Source of the DNA: Flammeovirgaceae bacterium UBA6059
Lineage (GTDB): Bacteria; Bacteroidota; Bacteroidia; Cytophagales; Cyclobacteriaceae
Direction: 5' to 3'
Assembly (NCBI GenBank): GCA_002435755.1
Contig: DIYH01000028.1
Coordinates: forward strand, 240,510-304,509
DNA length: 64,000 nucleotides
The notes under the pieces were generated by a model, which ran no database searches, had not been told where the DNA came from, and saw only the letters and a list, made by a program, of their open reading frames with translations. Within the stretch, counting starts at the first letter, position 1; each line of letters opens with the position of its first letter. The position numbers were made by a program, and so were the translations under genes. Positions 56,601 through 64,000 of this stretch are shown one piece after another.

Positions 56601-57028
56601 TGGATGATCTTAAGCAATCGGTTCAAAATGCTGTGTATGAGCAGAAGGACCCATTAATGATCTACAAGTTTGAAGGATTTGAACTTTTCAAAGGGTTTGT
56701 CAGCAAGGTCAACGAAGACACAGTATCCTTCTTGTCCAAAGCGGCTATTCCTGTTCAGAATGCTGATGACGTACATGCTGCCAGACAGCAGGCACAGCGC
56801 ACCAATTATAAAGAAAGTAAGGAAGAGACAAGATCCGCACTGCAAGGAAGGGCTCAAGCCAACAGACCACCTGTCGAAAAGCAAGCTCCAGTAAAATCGG
56901 AAAAGATCGTCGGAAGAAATGAACGTGTCACAGTGCAGTACCAGGACGGTTCTGTCAAGAAAGATGTAAAGTTCAAGACTGTGGAGGAAGATGTGAAAAA
57001 CAATCGATGTGTCATTATTGAATCTTAG
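53675..57028 (+). CDS. secA: preprotein translocase ATPase SecA
   Basis: 1117 aa with EMATGEGKTLVATLP, VNEYLAKRD, DEVDSVLIDDARTPLIISG, TNMAGRGTDI and LRGRAGRQGD. Confidence 0.97.
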   Translation: MLNLVTKGLTKLFGTKADRDLKELLPYVGKINTEFDKLSSITDDELREKTTEFKSKIADATQDLDKSIKQLHDQAENSPKDDIDQKEAAFAKIDKLEEEKNEKLEEVLLEILPAAFAVVKETARRLKENKKLVVTATMNDKSIAAKKTNVEIDGDKAIWHNKWMAAGVEVVWEMMHYDVQLIGGVVLHTGKIAEMATGEGKTLVATLPAYLNALAGRGVHVVTVNEYLAKRDAEWNAPIFEFHGLKIDCIDKYQANSPERRNAYLADITYGTNNEFGFDYLRDNMSRSPEDLVQHHHHFAMVDEVDSVLIDDARTPLIISGPIPRGDEHEFYELKPRISKLVEAQKKLVLQFLNDAKRLIKDGNETDGGLALFRAYRGLPKFKPLIKYLSETGMRAIMQKTENFYLQDNSKMMPEADAPLLFTIEERNNAIELTEKGIDLITGDGEDPQFFIMPDIGVEVAKLENDASMAEDEKLKKKEEVIQDFSVKGKRIHTVNQLLKAYTLFEKDQEYIVVDAKVKIVDEQTGRVMEGRRYSDGLHQAIEAKENVKVEDATQTYATITLQNYFRMYHKLSGMTGTAETEAGEFWEIYKLDVVVIPTNRAIARADMEDKVYKTVREKFNAVVDEIVELTEAGRPVLVGTTSVEISEVLSRMLSLKNIKHQVLNAKQHAREAEVVAEAGKPGTVTIATNMAGRGTDIKLTPESKAAGGLAIIGTERHESRRVDRQLRGRAGRQGDVGSSQFFVSLEDNLMRLFGSDRIAKIMDRLGLEEGEVIQHSMITKSIERAQKKVEENNFATRKRLLEYDDVMNSQREVIYRRRKNALFGERLELDILNMTYDTCDDIAVGAKDAEDYDSLKLNALSVLSIDLEISKEEFAAISPVDLTQKLFEATLEHYKSKNEQIKTNALPILKNILDTRGATVTDILVPFVDGKKQIGVTTNLKESVESEGDTLIKSMEKMITLAIIDQAWKEHLRDMDDLKQSVQNAVYEQKDPLMIYKFEGFELFKGFVSKVNEDTVSFLSKAAIPVQNADDVHAARQQAQRTNYKESKEETRSALQGRAQANRPPVEKQAPVKSEKIVGRNERVTVQYQDGSVKKDVKFKTVEEDVKNNRCVIIES

Positions 57029-57031
57029 CCT

Positions 57032-57535
57032 ATGCGCCTGACTACACAACTGAGCTTTCTTCTTTTAGGATTAGTGATCATAGCATGTGCACCATCTAAG
57101 CCTACGGCTACTACCATAGCAAGCTATGACGAAGACCTGTCCTATCTCAGGCCTAGTGTTGAAACACTCGTTGAGATCGAAGAAAACACCGAAACTGTGG
57201 TTGACAGGCAAGATGTTGAGCCCCAATACCACATCAAATCAGAGCTGGATAGCGTGTTAGCCGCCATCAGAGCATCACGTAGTGAGATTGAGTTTCTTAA
57301 CGGTTTTACAGTGCAACTCTACTCTGGCAACAATCGTGAAGAAGCCAATGAAACTAAAACCAAGGTTTATGAGACCTTTGAAGAATACGAACCTGAAATC
57401 AGCTACATCCAGCCCAACTTCAAAGTCAAGATCGGTCGGTTTTTTGACCGTTTGGAGGCTAACAAAGTCTATACTCTGGTCAAAGAGGAGTTCCCAAAGG
57501 CCATAGTCATACCAGAGCGTATATACTTCGAGTAG
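57032..57535 (+). CDS. SPOR domain-containing lipoprotein
   Basis: Signal/lipobox (LGLVIIACAPS) and a C-terminal SPOR-like module (FTVQLYSGNNREEANETK...FKVKIGRFFDRLEANKV). Confidence 0.75.
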   Translation: MRLTTQLSFLLLGLVIIACAPSKPTATTIASYDEDLSYLRPSVETLVEIEENTETVVDRQDVEPQYHIKSELDSVLAAIRASRSEIEFLNGFTVQLYSGNNREEANETKTKVYETFEEYEPEISYIQPNFKVKIGRFFDRLEANKVYTLVKEEFPKAIVIPERIYFE

Positions 57536-58726
57536 ATGTCCCTAGCGGAAAAAATAAAAACGCTCTCTGCTGAGATTGTCGAACAGACTGTTGCTAACCG
57601 TAGGCATCTACATGCCCACCCTGAGCTTTCTTACCAGGAATACAAGACCTCTGCTTATGTGGCAGAGCAGTTAAGAGCAATTGGTTTGGATCCTGTAACC
57701 GGAATAGCTGACACTGGCTTGACCTGTCTGATCAAAGGTAAAAACCCTGGTAGCAAGACAGTAGCACTACGAGCGGATATGGATGCACTCCCAATATTGG
57801 AGGCAAGCGAGGTGCCGTATCGGTCTACAAACGACGGGGTGATGCATGCTTGTGGACATGATGTACACACTGCGAGCTTACTTTCTACCGCCACTATATT
57901 GAACCAGCTAAAACACCAATTTGAAGGGACTATCAAGTTGATTTTTCAGCCCGGTGAGGAGAAGCTACCAGGAGGAGCTTCATTGATGATCAAGGAGGGG
58001 GTATTAGAAAACCCTTCACCGAAATCGATTATCGGGCAGCATGTTATGCCATTTATTCCAGTAGGAAAAGTCGGTTTTAGAAAAGGTATGTACATGGCCT
58101 CTGCCGACGAGATATATATTACGGTAGTGGGCAAAGGCGGTCATGCTGCCATGCCCGAACGCTTTGTCGATCCTGTCTTGATGGCAAGTCACTTGATAGT
58201 TGCGCTACAGCAGGTCGTGAGCCGTACTGCTAATCCACGAATACCGTCAGTTTTATCATTTGGTAAAATCATCGGTGATGGTGCTACTAATGTCATCCCT
58301 AGCGAGGTAATAATCGAAGGTACATTTCGCACTTTGAATGAGGAGTGGAGATCAGAAGCCCACAAAAAAATAAAATCCATAGCAGAAGGTGTGGTAGACT
58401 CAATGGGTGGCAAATGTGATATCGAAATACGCCAAGGCTACCCTTTCCTGACCAATGAGCCTGAGCTCACACAACGCGCTATTGATGCTGCAAAAGAATA
58501 CCTGGGAGAAGAAAATGTAGAAGAACTTGATCTTTGGCTTGCCGCTGAGGATTTTGCCTACTATTCTCAAGAGGTTGATGCTTGCTTTTATCGGCTAGGT
58601 ACTAGAAATGAGGCGAGAGGGATAATCTCAGGCGTTCACACACCTACTTTTGATATAGATGAAGAAGCTTTAGAGTTGGGGCCGGGGCTCATGGCCTGGC
58701 TGACTATCAAGGAACTACAGGCTTAG
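57536..58726 (+). CDS. M20/M40-family amidohydrolase (N-acyl-amino-acid amidohydrolase-like)
   Basis: RRHLHAHPELSYQE, ALRADMDALP, MHACGHDVH and FQPGEE motifs. Confidence 0.88.
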   Translation: MSLAEKIKTLSAEIVEQTVANRRHLHAHPELSYQEYKTSAYVAEQLRAIGLDPVTGIADTGLTCLIKGKNPGSKTVALRADMDALPILEASEVPYRSTNDGVMHACGHDVHTASLLSTATILNQLKHQFEGTIKLIFQPGEEKLPGGASLMIKEGVLENPSPKSIIGQHVMPFIPVGKVGFRKGMYMASADEIYITVVGKGGHAAMPERFVDPVLMASHLIVALQQVVSRTANPRIPSVLSFGKIIGDGATNVIPSEVIIEGTFRTLNEEWRSEAHKKIKSIAEGVVDSMGGKCDIEIRQGYPFLTNEPELTQRAIDAAKEYLGEENVEELDLWLAAEDFAYYSQEVDACFYRLGTRNEARGIISGVHTPTFDIDEEALELGPGLMAWLTIKELQA

Positions 58727-59715
58727 ACGAGCCACTTAACAAGGAATACCAGTCCCACGCTTACTGCTAATCCAAAGAATACTTTGAGCAAGTCTTTGCC
58801 GAGATCCGCAAGTGTACTATTCTCAACCTTCTTATAGGCAAAATATCGGATGCCCAGCTCACGGCCTGCAAGAAGTCCAATAAACACCCAGGTGGTACTC
58901 ATTGGAACGTTGTTGAGCTCTTTGAAGAAGAACAGGATAACGGCAAAAGTAAGGTCAATGATCGTTGCAGACCTTATGTCTGTCGTGTTGGTCTTTGAAA
59001 GTACGATTGACTGAATAGCACCTCCCTTGGAGTAAAAAATGTAGCTTATCAACGCCCAGAAGACCACAAGTGTCATAGCGAGCGTGGTGAAATTGATCTG
59101 CCTAGGAAGGTATACATAGATATTGGCAAAATCTTGAATAAGCCATTGTGACCATAGCAGACCGGTAGACAGCCATTGCGCTATTGTCCAGCCTTTAGTT
59201 TCCAAATCTGTTGGTTCTGTATTGGCAAACTTCTTTTCCAGCGTCTTAGAAATGAGCATGTAGAGGATAACTGCTGCAACAAACGCTACCAAGTAACCAG
59301 ACATGGACTTCACGACCATGTCATACAGATTCTTGGGGTTAAAGAAGGTAAGGATCATGAAAGAGGTACTTACCGGAATACCTATTCTCGTCACGATTAA
59401 GAGTATGAGCGGTGGCAACAAGTAAGGCCAGCCAAACTCGGGAATGTTGGCCGGTTCTTTGTATTTGGGATTGTCAAAACCATTCTCAACAGGATCTCCA
59501 ATCAGCCTACCATAGCTTACATCCCCGTTGTTGACATACCAACCGTATAATAGTACGCCTGTGAGGATCACTGATGCGAAAAGAGACAGTACCCACCATG
59601 GCCTTTTTGCATTCGAAGCAAGAAAAGTACCGAGGGTCTGAATCGCATCATTGCCAACCACCGAATATGCTGCAAGCACAAAGCCGGTGTACATAATAAT
59701 TTCGGTGGCACTCAT
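58723..59715 (-). CDS. polytopic membrane protein, divergent PiT (PHO4)-like inorganic phosphate transporter candidate
   Basis: GNDAIQTLGTF near the N-terminus and two P(V/M)ST(S/T) blocks (GIPVSTSFMIL, VPMSTTWVFIGLLAG) resemble the duplicated PiT signatures. Assignment is tentative. Confidence 0.5.
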   Translation of the reverse strand: MSATEIIMYTGFVLAAYSVVGNDAIQTLGTFLASNAKRPWWVLSLFASVILTGVLLYGWYVNNGDVSYGRLIGDPVENGFDNPKYKEPANIPEFGWPYLLPPLILLIVTRIGIPVSTSFMILTFFNPKNLYDMVVKSMSGYLVAFVAAVILYMLISKTLEKKFANTEPTDLETKGWTIAQWLSTGLLWSQWLIQDFANIYVYLPRQINFTTLAMTLVVFWALISYIFYSKGGAIQSIVLSKTNTTDIRSATIIDLTFAVILFFFKELNNVPMSTTWVFIGLLAGRELGIRYFAYKKVENSTLADLGKDLLKVFFGLAVSVGLVFLVKWLV

Positions 59716-60011
59716 TTATTCAGTCCTTCCTTATTATGCTGCCAAAAATAGAATCATTTTGATCAAATGAAATTTGAATAAGAATTAAATATTAAGGAGA
59801 GCATTATGATTAACAATTGATTCACTTTTGGATAACATCCAAAACCAAATGCAAGAACCTCAGAGCTCTCTTAAGAGCTTGTAAAATTGTCATAGCAATT
59901 AGATTATTTGACGATACAATTAAAGTATAGATAGAACAAACTATCTGGTAAGAATTTCCAGAGTTAACATTGGCTTTACAATAAAAGGACTGAGCACCAC
60001 TTCAATATTGT

Positions 60012-60019
60012 TAGCTTTG
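60012..60019 (+). promoter_or_regulatory. candidate -7 promoter box (TAGCTTTG) for the Na/Pi cotransporter gene
   Basis: Exact TAnnTTTG match 31 nt upstream of the GTG at 60050. Confidence 0.4.
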
Positions 60020-60049
60020 CAGCTTCATTTTTAGCCAGCCTGATGTTAA

Positions 60050-61159
60050 GTGACTGAAAATCTGACACATAGAAATACTTTCAAGAAAATACCCTCAATC
60101 ATTTTTGTGATTTTGGTATTTCTACTTGGTGTCAATTTTATGTCAACGGCATTTTCCTTTATGGGCGAGGATATCGCTCAGTCCATCCTCTTTGCCACTT
60201 CAAATCCGTTTATTGGCCTGTTCATTGGTCTTCTCATGACAGCCATTATTCAGAGCAGCTCAACTTCTACTTCTATGACAGTAGCTGCCGTTGCTTCCGG
60301 ATCTATTTCTTTCGAAGGGGCCGTTCCTATTATCATGGGTGCCAATATAGGTACAACACTGACTAGCACTATCATTGCGCTAGGCTACATCACCAAGAAG
60401 AAAGAATTTGAAAGGGCAGTCGCAGCAGGGGTAGTTCATGATATTTTCAATATTGCCTGTGTGGTGTTGCTACTACCACTAGAATACAACTATCAGCTGC
60501 TCTCACGGAGTGCTTCATACATTACAAAAATATTTTTTTATAATCAGGGGGATAACCCTGAAGCAACTGAAGCTGGGTCAGGTAATTTCCTGTTTGACCC
60601 GATTTCGGATACGGTCTACCACTTGATCGATAATCCATACATAATGTTGATCTTGTCTTTCATCTTGATCTTTGGCGCAATCAAAATGCTCTCGAAAATC
60701 TTCTACAACAACGTATTCAATGATATTGAGGAAAACATAGATAACCTCATTTTTCCCAACCCATTCAAGTCTTTCGCAATTGGTGCCATTTTCACAGGCG
60801 TGATCCAAACGAGCTCACTTTCTACCAGCCTGATGGTCCCGGTGGTGGCCACAAAACGTGTAAGCTTGAAAAAAGCCTTTCATTTCATTATGGGTGCCAA
60901 TGTGGGAACGACGATTACAGCACTACTTGCAACTGTATTGAAATCCGAAGAGGCCATCGCCATTGCTATCGTTCATCTCCTGTTTAATCTTTTCGGAATT
61001 CTCATTTTCTTGCCAATTGCTTCTTTTCGTGTATTACCAGTACAATTAGCCAAGTGGTTTGGAAAGCAAACTGCGGAATATAGGATCATCGGGTTCCTCT
61101 ACATCCTCTTTATGTTTTTTGTTATCCCGTTCACTTTGATATATTTCAATAGGGCCTAA
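60050..61159 (+). CDS. Na+/phosphate cotransporter family protein (NptA-like, no PhoU-like tail)
   Basis: Duplicated Na_Pi_cotrans signature (LLMTAIIQSSSTSTSMTVA and FTGVIQTSSLSTSLMVP, each followed by GANIGTT / GANVGTT). The GTG start is uncertain. Confidence 0.8.
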   Translation: MTENLTHRNTFKKIPSIIFVILVFLLGVNFMSTAFSFMGEDIAQSILFATSNPFIGLFIGLLMTAIIQSSSTSTSMTVAAVASGSISFEGAVPIIMGANIGTTLTSTIIALGYITKKKEFERAVAAGVVHDIFNIACVVLLLPLEYNYQLLSRSASYITKIFFYNQGDNPEATEAGSGNFLFDPISDTVYHLIDNPYIMLILSFILIFGAIKMLSKIFYNNVFNDIEENIDNLIFPNPFKSFAIGAIFTGVIQTSSLSTSLMVPVVATKRVSLKKAFHFIMGANVGTTITALLATVLKSEEAIAIAIVHLLFNLFGILIFLPIASFRVLPVQLAKWFGKQTAEYRIIGFLYILFMFFVIPFTLIYFNRA

Positions 61160-61166
61160 TAATCTT

Positions 61167-61174
61167 TAGCTTTG
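61167..61174 (+). promoter_or_regulatory. candidate -7 promoter box (TAGCTTTG) for the small-membrane-protein/GGGPS operon
   Basis: Exact TAnnTTTG match 46 nt upstream of the TTG start at 61220. Confidence 0.4.
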
Positions 61175-61219
61175 CGACATAGCCAATTGACAAAGCAGTT
61201 GGCAAAATGAACAGTAGAT

Positions 61220-61579
61220 TTGGCCAAGATTTTTAATGTAGAGCGTTTACTGGAAACGGTAAGTGAATATGTGAAAGTGAAGTTTGACTTGCTTAAAGTC
61301 GACCTAATCGAAAGGATTTCAGGTCTTGCTGCACTCATTATCACCTTTGTAACAGTCTTCATGTTAGGGCTTTTCTTATTAGGATTTGCGAGCCTTACAC
61401 TCGGAAGTTTTCTTAACGAGATGCTAGTAAGTGCATATCTCGGGTATCTGATCGTAACCGCATTCTACGTTCTGCTACTCTCTATTGTAATTCTATTCTT
61501 AAAATCAGGTCGATTGCAAAGCTTCTTGGAAAAACTGGTAGCCGAATCAATGGAAACAAGTGCCGATAACGATGAGTAA
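61220..61579 (+). CDS. small two-TM membrane protein (phage-holin-3_6 / DUF1469-like)
   Basis: 119 aa with an amphipathic N-terminus (YVKVKFDLLKVDLIERIS), then two TM helices. TTG start. Family call is tentative. Confidence 0.5.
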   Translation: MAKIFNVERLLETVSEYVKVKFDLLKVDLIERISGLAALIITFVTVFMLGLFLLGFASLTLGSFLNEMLVSAYLGYLIVTAFYVLLLSIVILFLKSGRLQSFLEKLVAESMETSADNDE

Positions 61580-61949
61580 TCCTTCGTCACTTGAGGCCAT
61601 TCGTAAACGTCTCCTAAAAAGAGAAAGAGAATACAAAAATCGCATTAGCGAGGAATCCAGTGAACTGGAAGCTCAAACAAAGAAAGCGCTAAGATCTGCG
61701 GGAATAATTCTTGGTGGCCTAGTCGTTGGTTTTGCTACTTTCAAGCTTCTAGCAAAAAGAGAGACGATCACCTCCTCAAATAAAAAAAAAGCAAAGGCCA
61801 AGGCAGTCCCGGATAAAAAATCGTTCTTAAGTCGAGCGCTTACGGACAAGTTAGTTGCATTCTTTATACATCTTGGCTTCAGCTATCTTTCTAAAAAAAT
61901 TAAACATAATGAAGGAGATCCTCAGTCAACTTCAACAAAGCAGAAATAA
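61572..61949 (+). CDS. hypothetical small membrane protein
   Basis: ATG at 61572 (MSNPSSLEAIRK...), one TM helix (AGIILGGLVVGFATFKLL) and a Lys-rich tail. It overlaps both neighbours by a few codons. Confidence 0.4.
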   Translation: MSNPSSLEAIRKRLLKREREYKNRISEESSELEAQTKKALRSAGIILGGLVVGFATFKLLAKRETITSSNKKKAKAKAVPDKKSFLSRALTDKLVAFFIHLGFSYLSKKIKHNEGDPQSTSTKQK

Positions 61950-62673
61950 CGAACAAAAGCGATTTGCAGTGCTTATCGATCCCGACAAGATAGGAAGCAG
62001 TAGCGAATGCCTTAAAATAGTCAACCTATGCGTCGAAAATCGTGTGGACTATTTTATGGTAGGCGGCAGCCTTATGACCACCAACAATTTCAGTGAGGTC
62101 ATATCAGTGATCAAGCGCCACAGCACAATTCCAGTGATCATCTTCCCGGGCAATAATATGCAAATCGATGCTGCGGCCGACGCTATTCTATTCCTTTCAC
62201 TCATTTCAGGACGTAACCCTGAGTTCTTAATTGGTCAACACGTGGTGGCCGCACCTGTTATCAAAAGGACTCAGCTAGAAGTCATACCGACCGGATATGT
62301 ACTTGTAGAAGCAGGTAATCAAACCACAGCAGGCTATATGAGCAATACCACACCCATACCCGCAGATAAATTTTCGATAGCTGCGTGTACGGCTTTGGCA
62401 GGCGAAATGCTAGGCCTTCAAATGATCTATCTCGATGCAGGCAGTGGTGCTGATCAGTCTATATCTCAAAAAATGATCTCCACGGTGCGTAAGAGCATTG
62501 ACCTTCCTTTGATCGTAGGTGGAGGTATTAACAACTTGAGTAAGGCCCAGAAGGCTTTAGAAGCTGGTGCCGATATGATAGTGGTTGGCAATGGGATTGA
62601 AGAGGACCCTGATCTTCTGATTGGTATTGCTGATAAGATCCAGCAGATGAACGCCCTATCAAACGTTCATTAA
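61909..62673 (+). CDS. geranylgeranylglyceryl/heptaprenylglyceryl phosphate synthase family protein (GGGPS/PcrB)
   Basis: FAVLIDPDK, VDYFMVGGS, IIFPGN and PLIVGGGI...ADMIVVGNG blocks of the TIM-barrel GGGPS family. Start moved to the ATG at 61909 (MKEILSQL). Confidence 0.85.
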   Translation: MKEILSQLQQSRNNEQKRFAVLIDPDKIGSSSECLKIVNLCVENRVDYFMVGGSLMTTNNFSEVISVIKRHSTIPVIIFPGNNMQIDAAADAILFLSLISGRNPEFLIGQHVVAAPVIKRTQLEVIPTGYVLVEAGNQTTAGYMSNTTPIPADKFSIAACTALAGEMLGLQMIYLDAGSGADQSISQKMISTVRKSIDLPLIVGGGINNLSKAQKALEAGADMIVVGNGIEEDPDLLIGIADKIQQMNALSNVH

Positions 62674-63579
62674 GGACTCCCGCCGACGCATCTTGCCCGC
62701 TGGGATGCCAAACATCATCTTGAATCGACGGCAAAAATAGGCCGTATCTTTATAGCCTACGTCCTTACCTATTTCGCGGATACTCTTTTTGGAAGTTCGG
62801 AGCAGGTTCACCGCCATCTCCATCCGCTGATATTCTATATAGTCCTGAGGGTTGATGCCAGTCAACATTTTGAAGTATTGTCCTACATAGTCTTCTGAAA
62901 CATTGGCAACATTAGCCAATATCTTGTTTGACAGGTCGTCACCAAGGTTATCCTTGATATAGCCGAAAATATCAATCAACCTCGGGTCTTTGAAGTAGGT
63001 GACGTTGGTGGCTAGCTGCTCGACAAACAAGTTGTTAGTAATCACATGTCGGATCACTTCGATCACGAGCTGCTCCGTTTGTATTTTGATCACCCTATCC
63101 TTACCAGGAAAATCTGAGGTAGCTTCATCACTGATTTGCTTCATCAGCGCAACAACCTTTTGATTATCAGAAATAACGAAAGGAGGGATATCGAGAGAAG
63201 CAAAGAAGTTAACGGTATCAAAGACTTTTGCATCAAAAGCCAGATAGCTAAAGTTCTCAAACTCACTATCTGCCGCTACACCATTGACCTGTTGAAAGTA
63301 TTTCTCTTTGTTGTTGATAAAATCATCATTCGACAGGCTTACAGCTTGACCACTACCATATGTTAGTGGCACAAGCTTACCACCAGGCACAAAAAGGATT
63401 TCATTCTCATTGACCAGCGTCTTATCCCTGCCATACCTCACCTCACCTCGAAGAGGAATAATGATGGTATTTTCTACATCATAGTAGTTCTCAATGGTCA
63501 GGGATTCTAAAATATTAATATTCCTAGCTTTCTTAAATCGAATCCCTAACGACTCTATGATCTTATTATAGTCTTCCAT
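62659..63579 (-). CDS. AraC-family transcriptional regulator
   Basis: C-terminal double HTH (ANVANVSEDYVGQYFK...SIREIGKDVGYKDTAYFCRRFK) and an N-terminal cupin-like sensor region. Start moved to the ATG at 63577-63579 (MEDYNK). Confidence 0.85.
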   Translation of the reverse strand: MEDYNKIIESLGIRFKKARNINILESLTIENYYDVENTIIIPLRGEVRYGRDKTLVNENEILFVPGGKLVPLTYGSGQAVSLSNDDFINNKEKYFQQVNGVAADSEFENFSYLAFDAKVFDTVNFFASLDIPPFVISDNQKVVALMKQISDEATSDFPGKDRVIKIQTEQLVIEVIRHVITNNLFVEQLATNVTYFKDPRLIDIFGYIKDNLGDDLSNKILANVANVSEDYVGQYFKMLTGINPQDYIEYQRMEMAVNLLRTSKKSIREIGKDVGYKDTAYFCRRFKMMFGIPAGKMRRRESLMNV

Positions 63580-63700
63580 TGCACTTTTTAATAAGCTATG
63601 GTCAAATAACCAAAGTGGAGATGCTATTAGTTGTATAAAACTAATAGAATTATTGATTTGACACAATAACTGTCAAAAAAAGGCCGGGAGGCAATTTTGA

Positions 63701-64000
63701 CTATTTTAATAATTCCCGGCTGATGACTATTTTTTGTATTTCTGAAGTGCCTTCATATATCTGTGTTATTTTAGCATCTCGCATCAGTCGCTCTACGTGA
63801 AATTCTTTAACGTAACCATAACCACCATGCACTTGTACGGCTTCTACAGTCACATCCATAGCCACCTGAGAAGCGTATAGTTTAGCCATCGCACTTTCTT
63901 TAGAGAAGGGTTTGTGTTGGTCCTTTAACCATGCTGATCGCAGTACAAGCATGCGGGCTGCATCGATTTGAGTTGCCATATCGGCCAACTTAAACTGTAT
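63701..64000 (-). CDS. acyl-CoA dehydrogenase, C-terminal fragment (continues beyond window end)
   Basis: [17 protein letters not shown]...QVHGGYGY...[20 protein letters not shown] is the ACAD C-terminal helical domain. The frame stays open to position 64000. Confidence 0.85.
   Translation of the reverse strand: MQFKLADMATQIDAARMLVLRSAWLKDQHKPFSKESAMAKLYASQVAMDVTVEAVQVHGGYGYVKEFHVERLMRDAKITQIYEGTSEIQKIVISRELLK

Noticed and set aside
61220-61579. Holin-like small membrane protein as part of a prophage lysis cassette.
   Set aside because: No endolysin, spanin or any phage structural or regulatory genes are nearby. This family is common as a stand-alone membrane protein in Bacteroidota.
1-64000. 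Search by eye for CRISPR arrays, tRNA/rRNA genes, transposases and known defence genes (restriction-modification, Cas, abortive infection ATPases or nucleases).
   Set aside because: I found no spaced direct-repeat arrays, no cloverleaf-like GC-rich short genes in the intergenic gaps, and no ORF with nuclease, methylase or transposase motifs. The absence cannot be proven without tRNAscan, Infernal or HMM searches.

Overview
This 64-kb window reads as core chromosome of a Bacteroidota bacterium of the Cytophagia/Flavobacteriia type. The evidence for that assignment is a fused SecDF, a DUF4834 protein, tandem lipoprotein FKBPs, a long-tailed S16, a GGGPS-family gene, and exact TAnnTTTG -7 promoter boxes upstream of many genes. 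About 58 protein-coding genes are supported, nearly all housekeeping. They include secDF, udk, rdgB, nrnA, ndk, scpA, dxs, an RND efflux triplet, an MltF-like transglycosylase, nqrF, accD, carB, sucA-sucB-lpd, rpsP-rimM-trmD-rplS, dapF and secA. By eye I found no rRNA, tRNA, CRISPR array, transposase, integrase, phage module or recognisable defence system, and I cannot claim a clear-cut novel system. The observations most worth a second look are listed here. (1) A tightly overlapping HAAO-kynureninase-KMO operon faces a divergent, translationally coupled pair: an SDR whose YxxxK catalytic dyad reads SxxxR, and an aminomuconate/hydroxymuconate-semialdehyde-dehydrogenase-like ALDH. (2) A four-helix-bundle ORF of the 23S-rRNA-IVS/Avd-like type sits between sucB and lpd, bracketed by structured repeats including a perfect 10-nt inverted repeat. 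(3) An arginase-fold protein carries substitutions at several Mn-ligand positions and a C-terminal extension of about 100 aa. (4) A less conserved stretch at 29.4-34.8 kb holds a TM/zinc-ribbon protein, a 476-bp AT-rich spacer, an orphan lipoprotein and small membrane proteins ending in PspC. (5) Several housekeeping proteins show domain-level peculiarities: AccD without its Cys4 finger, CarB without the allosteric domain, SucB with two lipoyl domains, an acidic insert in SecDF, and an S16 tail. All functional calls rest on motif recognition in the supplied translations, and none was verified by a database search.
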